Shown piece after piece: positions 1 through 9,473 of a DNA stretch of 64,000 nt (its first letter is position 1; every line of letters begins with the position of its first letter). Source of the DNA: Minisyncoccota bacterium (lineage in GTDB: Bacteria; Patescibacteriota; Minisyncoccia; JAHIHE01; JAGLIN01). The notes beneath the pieces are model-generated. The model ran no database searches, was not told the DNA's origin, and was given only the letters and a program-made list of their open reading frames with translations. Position numbers and translations under genes: made by a program. Where the stretch lies: assembly GCA_041661265.1 (NCBI GenBank), contig JBAZUT010000008.1, positions 1,134 to 65,133 of the forward strand, read 5' to 3'.

Positions 1-270
1 TTCTATCCTGCGCCGGAAGTCGATTCCGCGATAATCAGGATCAAAAATATCAGAAAAGATAAGGGCGATGAATATTACAGGAAGATGTTCAGGATGATAA
101 AGATCGGATTTTCTTCAAAAAGAAAGAAGCTATCGAGCAATCTTTCCGGCGGACTCCATCTTGAAAAGAGCGAAGTCGAAAAGAAACTCTCGGCTATCGG
201 CATTGGTCCGAATGCCCGCGCGCAGGAACTTTCGCTTCAGGACTGGGAAAGAGTTATGGAAATGTTTTGA
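1..270 (+). CDS. rsmA: 16S rRNA adenine dimethyltransferase RsmA/KsgA, C-terminal part (truncated by window edge)
   Basis: Frame open from base 1: FYPAPEVDSA...GFSSKRKKL...RAQELSLQDW, the typical KsgA C-terminal motifs. Confidence 0.9.
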   Translation, partial: FYPAPEVDSAIIRIKNIRKDKGDEYYRKMFRMIKIGFSSKRKKLSSNLSGGLHLEKSEVEKKLSAIGIGPNARAQELSLQDWERVMEMF

Positions 271-284
271 CGGCAACTCAATAT

Positions 285-313
285 TCCCCTCTTGAGAGGG
301 GTTAGGGGTGTGT
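285..313. repeat. Short palindromic repeat TCCCCTCT-n-AGAGGGG-n-AGGGGTGTGT; further copies at 17529-17556, 20222-20249, 24907-24934, variant at 21055-21090
   Basis: Direct comparison of the five copies. Confidence 0.85.
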
Positions 314-606
314 CTTTTCTATCGGTTGTTCTATTGCCAAACGGCCCGTGTCGGCTGTTTTTCTATTTGCGTCCTGGTGTATTGTGAGGAACTCAGTAGA
401 GTGACGTGGCAATCCCGTTTTCAATCAACAGTTTTTGTATTGTTTTGTATCCCTAAGAAACATAATTTCAGTTAGATTATAGCGACAAACATCGTTCATA
501 ACGACAAGTCGCAACTTGTCGTTACGGGAAAAATACACAGAAACTGTGCAAATCTTGATGGAATCGATTCTGTTCCAGGTCTAATCTTTTCGTTTCCGAA
601 AGTGCT

Positions 607-635
607 TGACAAAAGCATTTTTTCAGTTTATAATA
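607..635 (+). promoter_or_regulatory. sigma70 promoter of the SPFH operon
   Basis: TTGACA-17 bp-TATAAT, perfect consensus. Confidence 0.8.
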
Positions 636-852
636 CTTTGTTCGGATAATGGAAGAATAGTACCAAAACAGGTATTTCAGCCATCATTCCGAAGAAATGA
701 ATGCATAAGACATGGTTTTTTTCATGTCATGCAAAAAAAGAATGGTCATTGAAAACTTAATAATGAAGGTGAAATGATGAAGATAGCGGATAATAGTTTG
801 AAAAAACACGCGGAATCGATTATGAACAGAAAAAACACTAGAGGTGATTGAT

Positions 853-2310
853 ATGGCATTACCAGAGGAAAACCCGGGGCGTATAGCGCTTTCATCGGGA
901 AAAATAAATGAAGATACTGAAGAAAAAAAGGTTAGTGACAGAGAAGAAGCGAAGCTGCGATGGTATGAATATCTGGTTATATATGTTGTGGAAGTATTTC
1001 TTTGTCTTACGATTGGCGCGGGAATCGCACTCATAACCATATATGGCATATTCAGCGGAATGAACAGCCAGAATATCGGGCTAGGAATAATTCTTCTTCT
1101 TCCATTCGCTTATGCGATATATATGAAAATGATCATAGTTATGGTTCCGGAAAAAAAGAGATATTTGCTTCTTGCTTTTAAGAGGTACTACAAGTCTCTT
1201 GGTCCGGGCCTGCATTTGATCGTTCCATATATTATGGAAGTCGGACGGGAACTGACGCTTGCCGCCACAAAAATGTTTGATATCTATATGAAAACAGATT
1301 CAGCTCGGTTGGAGTTCAAGGGCGGAACTATAGGTGTGAACATCAAGTTGATATGCAGAGCATATGATTCCTATGAATTGGGTTTCGGAATATATATCAC
1401 CGATGAAGAAATAGCCGCAATTGAAAAGACAGAAAGGGATATGGGATTTGACAAGCTTCCCGAGAACTGGATGTATTTTGCGGCGATAAAGGCTGAAGCT
1501 GCTATTCGAGGCGTATGCGGCAGATATACGATCGACGAAGCCATAGAAGCAAGGTCGGTTGGGAAACAAGAAGTCGGTGAATTCAGAGCAGGGATCATTT
1601 CCAAGGCATTAGATGAATGCAATAAAAGCGTTGAGAAATATGGCATAATCTTTGAGCAGGTCGCTTTTTCTTCAATTGAACTGCCCAAGAAACTTGAAGA
1701 AGCACGAAACAAGATCCAGATAGCAGTTGAGACCAAGAAAGAAAAAGATAAATTGCTCGAAGTGGCAATAGTTGATGCAAAAATAGGCGAGCAAGAAGGC
1801 TTAAAAACAAGGAACAGGCTGGATGCTATTGCGTCTGACGAGGAAATCAAGGAAGAATATACGGACCATGCGGATGGCAACAAGAAAAAGTCAAGAGTTG
1901 TCGGGAAAAAGTCTTCCGGCTTGTCACGCGCGGATGTCATGAAATGGGAGGCATCAATGGAAGTGGCAAAATCGGTTGACAATATTTCGGTTTTGTCCGG
2001 CGGGAAAGATGAATCTATTCCGCTTGAGATCGCGGCCAGAATGGGAGCGGCTTTCAGAACCGGATCGGATTCCGCTGCAAGAAAAGAAAAGCAGAAGCCT
2101 GAGAAAAAAGAGAAGAAGGAAGAGGGATCTGAGGAGGAAGGCGAGGATAGCGAACAAGAAAAAGAAGAAACCGATACGAAAGCGGTTGAAAAAAAGGAGA
2201 ATAAAGAAAAAAATAAGAGAAATGGGTATAAGAAAAAGAATAAAGCCAAGAAGGAAGAGGAAGTTTCCGAAACCGATAAAAACGTGATTGAGACGGAGAA
2301 AAAACAATAG
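853..2310 (+). CDS. SPFH/band-7 (stomatin/prohibitin-like) membrane protein with charged low-complexity C-terminus
   Basis: Two TM helices, then VMVPE...LGPGLHLIVP, A(I)RGVCG and KYGIIFEQV, then coiled coil; ATG at 853 follows GAGGTGA. Confidence 0.75.
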   Translation: MALPEENPGRIALSSGKINEDTEEKKVSDREEAKLRWYEYLVIYVVEVFLCLTIGAGIALITIYGIFSGMNSQNIGLGIILLLPFAYAIYMKMIIVMVPEKKRYLLLAFKRYYKSLGPGLHLIVPYIMEVGRELTLAATKMFDIYMKTDSARLEFKGGTIGVNIKLICRAYDSYELGFGIYITDEEIAAIEKTERDMGFDKLPENWMYFAAIKAEAAIRGVCGRYTIDEAIEARSVGKQEVGEFRAGIISKALDECNKSVEKYGIIFEQVAFSSIELPKKLEEARNKIQIAVETKKEKDKLLEVAIVDAKIGEQEGLKTRNRLDAIASDEEIKEEYTDHADGNKKKSRVVGKKSSGLSRADVMKWEASMEVAKSVDNISVLSGGKDESIPLEIAARMGAAFRTGSDSAARKEKQKPEKKEKKEEGSEEEGEDSEQEKEETDTKAVEKKENKEKNKRNGYKKKNKAKKEEEVSETDKNVIETEKKQ

Positions 2311-2348
2311 AAAAGGATCTTTGATACAAAAGATCAGGAGGTGATGGA

Positions 2349-3122
2349 ATGTCAGACAATGATCCGGAAAGGTCAAAAAAAGCCAAAAAAATGGTTCTCT
2401 TCTACCTTTTGTTCGCGGTGCTGGTCTATCTTCTTGGAATAGTTAATGCAATTGTACTGATGGCTATTCTGGTGATCGGCCCGAAGATTGTCCGATACAT
2501 AAACGCAAAAAGAGGAACACCCGCGGGTGAAGGGATAGCGGCTAAGCTGAATTTTGGCAAGATCTTCAAAACTTTGTTATTTGTTGCACTTGTTGCCGTG
2601 ATCCTGTATTTTCTCATTTCATATCTTATGAGTATGGATACGTCGGAAAATAAAGGTCCATTGAATAGCGTGATCTATGTTGAAAGCCAGGAAGGCGCTG
2701 GAATAGTGAATAACAACGGCACCTATGGGATCCAGCTTGCAACCGGAGGCGCGACAACCGGAACGACTTTCATCATCAGAACAAAGGAAACTGTGACAGG
2801 CTGGCCTGCATTCGGGGCCGATGTATATTCTCCAAAAGGAGGTTCGACGTTGAAGGTGTCATATATTGATGCGGACAATTTGAAGAATAGCATTCGTTTT
2901 CAAGAGGTTTCAATTCCGGCCAACTATAGCTTCGGGTATTCGAATAAATACAAGCTAAGCGATTATCGCGGTTGGATCAAGAACGGGACGAGTGAGGAAG
3001 TCGTGAGCAAGGGAAATCTTCCTCGCAAAGATCCGATAAGGCATGACATAGAGCTTGAGGTATATGTGGCTCCAAACAGCTACGTTGAACTCAGCAATAT
3101 GATTTTGCGCAGAAACTGGTAG
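2349..3122 (+). CDS. Hypothetical membrane-anchored protein with extracytoplasmic beta-rich domain
   Basis: 257 aa ORF, 2-3 TM segments, GGAGGTGA RBS, co-oriented with the SPFH gene. Confidence 0.7.
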   Translation: MSDNDPERSKKAKKMVLFYLLFAVLVYLLGIVNAIVLMAILVIGPKIVRYINAKRGTPAGEGIAAKLNFGKIFKTLLFVALVAVILYFLISYLMSMDTSENKGPLNSVIYVESQEGAGIVNNNGTYGIQLATGGATTGTTFIIRTKETVTGWPAFGADVYSPKGGSTLKVSYIDADNLKNSIRFQEVSIPANYSFGYSNKYKLSDYRGWIKNGTSEEVVSKGNLPRKDPIRHDIELEVYVAPNSYVELSNMILRRNW

Positions 3123-3146
3123 GAATAACAATTCCTACTTTTTTTA
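3119..3146 (+). terminator. Intrinsic terminator
   Basis: GTAGGAAT-aaca-ATTCCTAC followed by T7. Confidence 0.75.
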
Positions 3147-3308
3147 TTGGGGAAAAAAGCCTTGGTATCAGCCGGTGTGTGCGCCTGCCTGCTCGCCTCG
3201 CTGTCAGCATCCGGCGAAGCGGGCCGGAGGGTAGCCGTTATGGTTCGACCTGCCTTCGCCAATACTTCGACAAGGCAAGCAGGTTCACCATGACAAATAC
3301 TCACAGCG

Positions 3309-3499
3309 CTAATTAGTTTCCGTTGAAATAGCGGTAATTTCAGGTGTCTTTGCGAGGCTCATCAGAGCCGTGGCAATCCCTATTCTATGCAAATTATGCT
3401 TTATTATAAGAGTTTTATCGGCTTAGTTTTGGGATTGCTTCGTTGTTGTTACTCCTCGCAATGACGAAATTTATGGCTATTTCATCAGGAATTAATTAG
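3309..3499. mobile_element. MITE-like element: inverted pair of GTC..TGCGAG...GCAATCCC REP-like units with extended outer inverted repeats
   Basis: 3309-3380 is an imperfect reverse complement of 3431-3499. Confidence 0.7.
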
Positions 3500-3787
3500 G
3501 TTACTTCGGTACTATGCGAGAGCTTCGTCTTGTCTTTAATGACAAATTTAAACCTTGAAATTAAAGCCGGAATTTGTCCAATCTATCATAAATAACCGAG
3601 AAGCAGTTCTGACGGATCAGTGTGGACTATTCAGCATATAAGCCTGTTTCTTTCTTTTTGATTTTGTGTTATAATGAAGCCAGTTACGATGCGAGCGCGA
3701 AGGTGCGAAATTTTTTGAAGTGGAAGTTTTCAAAGACAAAAATAAAACCGTAATGTTCATTTCCGACCTAATTTATTTTATAATACT

Positions 3788-6100
3788 ATGAACATAAATT
3801 TAAAAGAAAAAATAAAAAATATGATGCATTCTTTCAACTTTGGAAAAATCAAAGAAAGCGAAGTAACCGGAAAAAAGGGAAAGCATATTTCAGTTTTGAA
3901 GATGCTTTTTGTTTTTGTGTCCATGCTGGCCTTGCCTGTTCATATGGCAAATGCGGTATGGTACAAACCATGGACATGGACACTGAGGGGCGTTGGAGAA
4001 GAAATACTGGAGGCAATTTTATTCGGTTTTAACTTGATCGTCTATAATCTCGGCAACTTTGCCCTGAATATAGCCGGACAGCTGGTCCATTTTGGAGCGT
4101 GGCTCGTCGATCTCATGATGGACCAGGGAATATACAAGGCGGTTTTGGTTGATTCCACAGCCATCAAGATCGGATGGGAAACTATCAGGGATTTTTGCAA
4201 CATGTTTTTCATTTTTTTCCTGCTCATCGTAGCATTCGCAACAGTACTTCGGATCAGCGAATATAGCGCGAAAGTCATACTTCCGAAGTTTCTGATCGCG
4301 ATCTTTATGATCAATTTCAGCATGGAGATCACGAAGCTCGTGATCGATTTCGGACAGGTTTTTATGTATGAGATCAGGGGCTGGATGGGTGATTTTTCCG
4401 GAACGACGGGAGGAGGAAGCAGCCTCACTTCGATCGTGGATTATTTCAATGAATATTTCAATGCAAGTGCAACGAACATTACGGCAGATTCGGCCATAGC
4501 TATTCTTTTTGCGGCCGCCTATTCTTTCATGCTCGGATTCACCTATATCATGATGGCGGGATTCCTTCTTATCCGACTGCTGATGTTCGCTGTTCTGATG
4601 ATCCTCTCTCCTTTTGCCTTTTTCGCGAATATTTTTCCGGGGACAAGGCACTATTCCAGCGATTGGTGGAGATCCATAATGAAATATTCTCTTTTCGGTC
4701 CGATATTCATTTTCTTCGTTTTCATATCCGCGACCATGGCCTTTGAACTTACAAACAATTACAATCCTGCGGCAGTCGTTCCTGCCGGATATGCGCAGAT
4801 CGAAGCCGTGAAAGGACTCATCCCGAAGCTTATTCCGAATGTTATCGCGCTGATGATGCTTTGGATGGCAATTCCGATCACTCAGAAACTGGGAATTGCC
4901 GGTTCGAGCAGACTGATCGGCGGAACGCTCGGTCTTGGCACTGTGGCCATGGCAAGCTATGGCGCGACGAAGCTTGCAGGAGGATGGGGAAAGAAAGCGG
5001 TTGAAGCACCGGCGAGCAGGTTACATGCTTACGGTATGGGCCAGAACGGAAGATACAAAGCAGCGGTGGATAAATTAAGCGGCGGATTGAAAAAACTGCC
5101 CCTTGGCACAGGAAGAATATTCATTCAATACGAAGCTGACAAGGCCGTACAGAAAAAGGAAGATGTTGCAAAGCATCAGAAGATCATGGAAAATCTTTCC
5201 GACAAAGATAAGAAATCATATGTCGATAGCTTCTCGATCGATCGAAAAGCAAAAGCAGATGCTCAGCAGGCTATGTTTAATTTGCTTGCAAAGGATTCCG
5301 GCAAGGGTTTGACGGATGCAAGATTGCAGAAGATGGGTTATGAGAAAGAAGTGAACGGACAGCAGGTGTTTGATAAGAAGAAATTTGAAAGCGATTATAA
5401 TCGGGCAAAGGCTTATGGACATGACACGGGCACTTTGGAGACCTACAGGCCTGATATGTTGACGAAAGATGATGACATAAGGGAAAAAGTCAAAAAAGTT
5501 GTCCAGGATGGAAACTATAAGAACATAAAGAGCGATGCTCTCGCAAATGAGACCGTTGCTAAGGAATTGGAAGGATTGATTGGCAAGAAAAAATATGATG
5601 AATTTATAAACAACAAGTCACAAGAAGAAAAATCAAGCCTTTCAAAGCATAAAGAGAAAAAATTAGCAGTGGAATATGCAACGCTATCTCCTGCTGATTT
5701 ACAAAAAAAACAGGTTGAGATTGCAAGCCTTGCAAGTCCAGATGATAAAGTGGAAGCCATGAAACAGATGACGGGAGTTGTAAATGGTCAAATTCAATAT
5801 GCGCCAAACATCAACAACAGGCCGGTTGTTAATTTGGACGTTGTAAATGAAGTCATGGATAGCATGTCCAAGGATCAATTCCTTGATTTGAATAAAGATT
5901 TCTTTGAGGAATATGGGCACATGGTTTCAGATGCTAATATTGACCATATTGCCAAATTTGGCGATACGGAACAGCTTAAATCAATGAAAGAAGCGATTGT
6001 AAGGGCACAAGCAGGAACTAATAATTTTTATCGCGGAAATCAGCTGGTGGATGCTCAAAAATTAACAGATAGACTGAATAAAATAAATAGTAAAATATAA
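3788..6100 (+). CDS. VirB6/TrbL-like polytopic membrane protein of the T4SS-like locus
   Basis: GWETIRDFCNMFFIFFLLIVAFATVL and R...LMILSPFAF...WW motifs, many TMs, long soluble tail; lies upstream of PrgI/VirB4. Confidence 0.75.
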   Translation: MNINLKEKIKNMMHSFNFGKIKESEVTGKKGKHISVLKMLFVFVSMLALPVHMANAVWYKPWTWTLRGVGEEILEAILFGFNLIVYNLGNFALNIAGQLVHFGAWLVDLMMDQGIYKAVLVDSTAIKIGWETIRDFCNMFFIFFLLIVAFATVLRISEYSAKVILPKFLIAIFMINFSMEITKLVIDFGQVFMYEIRGWMGDFSGTTGGGSSLTSIVDYFNEYFNASATNITADSAIAILFAAAYSFMLGFTYIMMAGFLLIRLLMFAVLMILSPFAFFANIFPGTRHYSSDWWRSIMKYSLFGPIFIFFVFISATMAFELTNNYNPAAVVPAGYAQIEAVKGLIPKLIPNVIALMMLWMAIPITQKLGIAGSSRLIGGTLGLGTVAMASYGATKLAGGWGKKAVEAPASRLHAYGMGQNGRYKAAVDKLSGGLKKLPLGTGRIFIQYEADKAVQKKEDVAKHQKIMENLSDKDKKSYVDSFSIDRKAKADAQQAMFNLLAKDSGKGLTDARLQKMGYEKEVNGQQVFDKKKFESDYNRAKAYGHDTGTLETYRPDMLTKDDDIREKVKKVVQDGNYKNIKSDALANETVAKELEGLIGKKKYDEFINNKSQEEKSSLSKHKEKKLAVEYATLSPADLQKKQVEIASLASPDDKVEAMKQMTGVVNGQIQYAPNINNRPVVNLDVVNEVMDSMSKDQFLDLNKDFFEEYGHMVSDANIDHIAKFGDTEQLKSMKEAIVRAQAGTNNFYRGNQLVDAQKLTDRLNKINSKI

Positions 6101-6882
6101 TGAAAAAAGAAATTAAAGATAAAATCAAAAACACCCTTCCGGCTTTCGTGTTGGATAGTCTTTATAGTGATTATAGTTCTGAGGCTATCGAAAAAATAAT
6201 TGATGACTATATCCAGAATGAAGAAACAATGGATAATTTGAAAGATATAATCGGTCTTATAGTTTTGAAAGAAATAAGAATAGAAGAAGTTTTTGATTTC
6301 ATAAAAAAACTTGGGATTGATGATAAAAAGGCGAAAGACGTCACATTGATCGTTCTTTGCGAGATATTATTCCCGATGAAAGATTTTTTCCCTGGCATTG
6401 AAGATGTGATCGTCAAACTTGGCGGGGAGATCCCCAAAACGAATCCGATTAGCATTGATCAGCAGATGCTCAAAAGAGAGAAGGAAATGGAAGAAATGGA
6501 AGAGGCTGAAGAAAGAGAGCAAGAAGAAGCGGAAAAAGACATGATGGTGAGTCTTCCGATAGCTGAACTTGTAAAAGAATATCCTCAGGTTCAATCCCAG
6601 CGGATCGGATCGCAGGAGTCGATCATCGTTCAGGGAAGCGATGTGCCTATGAAACCGGAAATAAAATACTGGATGAAAGATTATATGGAAAAGGCGGGAT
6701 ATCGCATGCACTCGAATCTTGATCGGGTCAGTTATGTCTATCACGACAAGAACACAAAGAATATGAATGAGGAAGAAAGAAGGCAATTGGGTTTGGTTTT
6801 GAAATCCTTTGATGAAGAAATACCCCTCCCCTATTCCACCAAGCATGTCAAGATCGACTTTTCGAAAATTGCTGAAGAGTAA
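6100..6882 (+). CDS. Hypothetical acidic protein, coupled to the VirB6-like gene
   Basis: 260 aa ORF; TAATG stop/start overlap. Confidence 0.75.
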   Translation: MKKEIKDKIKNTLPAFVLDSLYSDYSSEAIEKIIDDYIQNEETMDNLKDIIGLIVLKEIRIEEVFDFIKKLGIDDKKAKDVTLIVLCEILFPMKDFFPGIEDVIVKLGGEIPKTNPISIDQQMLKREKEMEEMEEAEEREQEEAEKDMMVSLPIAELVKEYPQVQSQRIGSQESIIVQGSDVPMKPEIKYWMKDYMEKAGYRMHSNLDRVSYVYHDKNTKNMNEEERRQLGLVLKSFDEEIPLPYSTKHVKIDFSKIAEE

Positions 6883-6958
6883 AATATATTTATAAGATAC
6901 AAGGACACAAGATACAATAACCAGACAATAATCAACAACCAAATTTCAATAATCAATT

Positions 6959-7324
6959 ATGCACGATTTTGATTTAGAAAGAAGAACAACTGAATTCGCG
7001 AAAAGAGTAGTTCGTTTATGCAGATCATTACCGAAAGATTCAATTAACAATAGATTAAGCGGACAGGTTGTCGGTTCGGCTGGTTCCGTCGGCGCAAATT
7101 ATCGTGAAGCAAATGATGCTTTGGGGAAAAAGGACTTTATTCTCAGGCTTAAAATAGCCAGAAAAGAAGCAAAGGAAACGATGCATTGGCTGGAACTGGT
7201 TGAAGAAGCGAATCCTGAGCTGAAACCAAGAATGGCAGAATTAAAACAAGAAGCAACTGAATTGAAGAATATTCTATCAGCAATAATCGGCAAAACGGTA
7301 AAAAATAACAATCCTGTTCGATAA
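6959..7324 (+). CDS. Four-helix-bundle protein (23S rRNA-IVS protein / Avd-like family)
   Basis: DLERRT..FA, QVVGSAGSVGANYREA, DF...LKIARKEAKET..WL. Confidence 0.9.
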   Translation: MHDFDLERRTTEFAKRVVRLCRSLPKDSINNRLSGQVVGSAGSVGANYREANDALGKKDFILRLKIARKEAKETMHWLELVEEANPELKPRMAELKQEATELKNILSAIIGKTVKNNNPVR

Positions 7325-7430
7325 TTGATCATTGAGATTTGTTTGTATCCTTGTAGCTTGGTTATTGTATCTTTACTTTTGAAGACATAAGCAATGAATT
7401 TAACGATATAACAATTTAACAATAGAATTT

Positions 7431-7883
7431 ATGCAGTACGGCGTACCGCAATTTATCGACGTTGAAGACAAGATAGTAGGTCCTTTTACCGGCAAACAAA
7501 CTCTGTATATGATGATCGGAGGAGGATTTTTGATCCTGATCTTCTCGTTCTTCACTCTGGGATTTTTTCTCGTCGCCGTTGTCATCATTCTTCCGCTTAC
7601 GCTGGTTTTCGCTTTCTATAAGCCGAAAGGCATCACCGTTGCCCAATATCTCTCGAATTTCATGAAGTTTTTCTCATCGAATCGTCTTTATGTCTGGAGG
7701 AGGGAGAATGAAGGAAGCTTTTTCAAAACAGTACAGAAGAAGAAAAAGGCTACCGTGGAAGTCGAGGCTAAGACTGTCACAAGAAGCAAGATCCGCGAAC
7801 TTGCCTGGGTTCTCGACACCAGCACTGCGGTGAGCGTTCCCTATGAGGCAAAAGAGAGGCCGGACGAAGCGGTGAGAAGATGA
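7431..7883 (+). CDS. PrgI-family (VirB3-like) protein
   Basis: MQYGVPQFIDVEDKIVGPFTGKQ N-terminus plus two TMs. Confidence 0.85.
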   Translation: MQYGVPQFIDVEDKIVGPFTGKQTLYMMIGGGFLILIFSFFTLGFFLVAVVIILPLTLVFAFYKPKGITVAQYLSNFMKFFSSNRLYVWRRENEGSFFKTVQKKKKATVEVEAKTVTRSKIRELAWVLDTSTAVSVPYEAKERPDEAVRR

Positions 7884-7894
7884 TTTTTGGCAAC

Positions 7895-8348
7895 TGAAAA
7901 ATGAAAAGCTAAAAATGAAAAACGACAGAGAAAAATTTAAAAATGAATTTAAGGCGCGAATCTACAACTTCATATTGAATCTGATAAAATTTATCGACCA
8001 CTTACCTTCCGACAGAGCTACGGATATAATCGCCAAACAGCTCCTCAGAAGCGGCACAAGCATCGGCGCAAACTATATCGAAGCGCAAGCGGCAAGCTCA
8101 AAGAAGGACTTTACTAACTTTTTCCACTATTCCTTAAAATCGGCCAATGAAAGCAAGTTCTGGATCGCGATCTTAAGAGATAGCAAAAAGGCTGGAAAAG
8201 AAGAGGCTGAAGCTTTATTGAAAGAGCTTATAGAAATTTCAAACATACTGGGCTCAAGCATTATCACGCTGAAGAACAAAAGATAGTCCATCTTATATAT
8301 AATATTTTTTCGTTTTTCATTTTAAATTTTAAATTTGAAATATGTCAA
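7895..8348 (+). repeat. 454 bp direct repeat; second copy at 9027-9480
   Basis: Near-identical by visual alignment, including the flanks and the first 7 nt of each downstream gene. Confidence 0.9.
7915..8286 (+). CDS. Four-helix-bundle protein (23S-IVS/Avd-like), copy A of a duplicated pair
   Basis: QLLRSGTSIGANYIEAQAASSKKDF...LKSANESKFW. Confidence 0.9.
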   Translation: MKNDREKFKNEFKARIYNFILNLIKFIDHLPSDRATDIIAKQLLRSGTSIGANYIEAQAASSKKDFTNFFHYSLKSANESKFWIAILRDSKKAGKEEAEALLKELIEISNILGSSIITLKNKR

Positions 8349-9016
8349 CTCCTGAAAAAAAACCGGTTAAGGGTCTCAGCACCCAAAGATATCTTGAAAT
8401 AGCCGAGATAAAGGATAGCGTTGTCGTGATGAAAAACGGAAACTTGAGGGCTGTTCTCATGGTGTCCTCGATAAATTTCGCCTTGAAATCCATCGATGAG
8501 CAGGATGCGATCATCTATCATTTCCAAAGTTTTCTGAATTCTTTGGATTTTTCCATCCAGATCCTCATCAACTCAAGGAAGCTCAATATTGAGAATTATC
8601 TGGACGTTCTGAGAGAAACGGAGAAAAGGCAGACGAATGAGCTCCTGCGAATGCAGACCGCAAGCTATATCGAATACATCCAGGGGCTGGTCAAAATGGC
8701 GAACATTGTCAGCAAGACTTTTTATATCGTTGTTCCCTTCTCCGCCGCTGAAACGAAAGAAGGCGGGCTTTCAAAACTGAAAGCGTCTTCAACCGCGACA
8801 CAGATCATTTCCAGCAGGGAAGTTTTTGAAAAATATAGAGATCAGCTTTTTCAGAGGGTCGATCATATAATCGAGAATCTGAGCGGAACTGGGCTTCGAA
8901 TGACAATGCTTAACACGCAGGAACTTATTGAATTGTATTATAATCTCTATAACCCCGATCTCGCGGACAAGAAAGGGCTGGCCGACATCGAAGAACTTGA
9001 CCTTGCGGTGGAGTAA
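8342..9016 (+). CDS. TraC/VirB4 N-terminal-like protein of the T4SS-like locus
   Basis: STQRYLEIAEIKDSVVVMKNG.LRAVLMVSSINFALKS..EQ..II..FQ.FLNSLDF, positioned between PrgI and VirB4. Confidence 0.75.
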   Translation: MSTPEKKPVKGLSTQRYLEIAEIKDSVVVMKNGNLRAVLMVSSINFALKSIDEQDAIIYHFQSFLNSLDFSIQILINSRKLNIENYLDVLRETEKRQTNELLRMQTASYIEYIQGLVKMANIVSKTFYIVVPFSAAETKEGGLSKLKASSTATQIISSREVFEKYRDQLFQRVDHIIENLSGTGLRMTMLNTQELIELYYNLYNPDLADKKGLADIEELDLAVE

Positions 9017-9046
9017 ACTTACGTATTGAAAAATGAAAAGCTAAAA

Positions 9047-9418
9047 ATGAAAAACGACAGAGAAAAATTTAAAAATGAATTTAAGGCGCGAATCTACAAC
9101 TTCATATTGAATCTGATAAAATTCATAGATAACCTGCCCTCCGACAGAGCTACGGATATAATCGCCAAACAGCTCCTCAGAAGCGGCACAAGCATCGGCG
9201 CAAACTATATCGAAGCACAAGCGGCAAGCTCAAAGAAGGACTTTACTAACTTTTTCCACTATTCCTTAAAATCGGCCAATGAAAGCAAGTTCTGGATCGC
9301 GATCTTAAGAGATAGCAAAAAGGCTGGAAAAGAAGAGGCTGAAGCTTTATTGAAAGAGCTTATAGAAATTTCAAACATACTGGGCTCAAGCATTATCACG
9401 CTGAAGAACAAAAGATAG
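9047..9418 (+). CDS. Four-helix-bundle protein (23S-IVS/Avd-like), copy B
   Basis: One amino-acid difference (H/N) from 7915-8286. Confidence 0.9.
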   Translation: MKNDREKFKNEFKARIYNFILNLIKFIDNLPSDRATDIIAKQLLRSGTSIGANYIEAQAASSKKDFTNFFHYSLKSANESKFWIAILRDSKKAGKEEAEALLKELIEISNILGSSIITLKNKR

Positions 9419-9473
9419 TCCATCTTATATATAATATTTTTTCGTTTTTCATTTTAAATTTTAAATTTGAAAT

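Noticed and set aside
6959-9418. Diversity-generating retroelement (Avd-like genes)
   Set aside because: No reverse transcriptase in the window and no TR/VR pair with adenine-specific mismatches; differences between the duplicated copies are mostly synonymous and not A-restricted.
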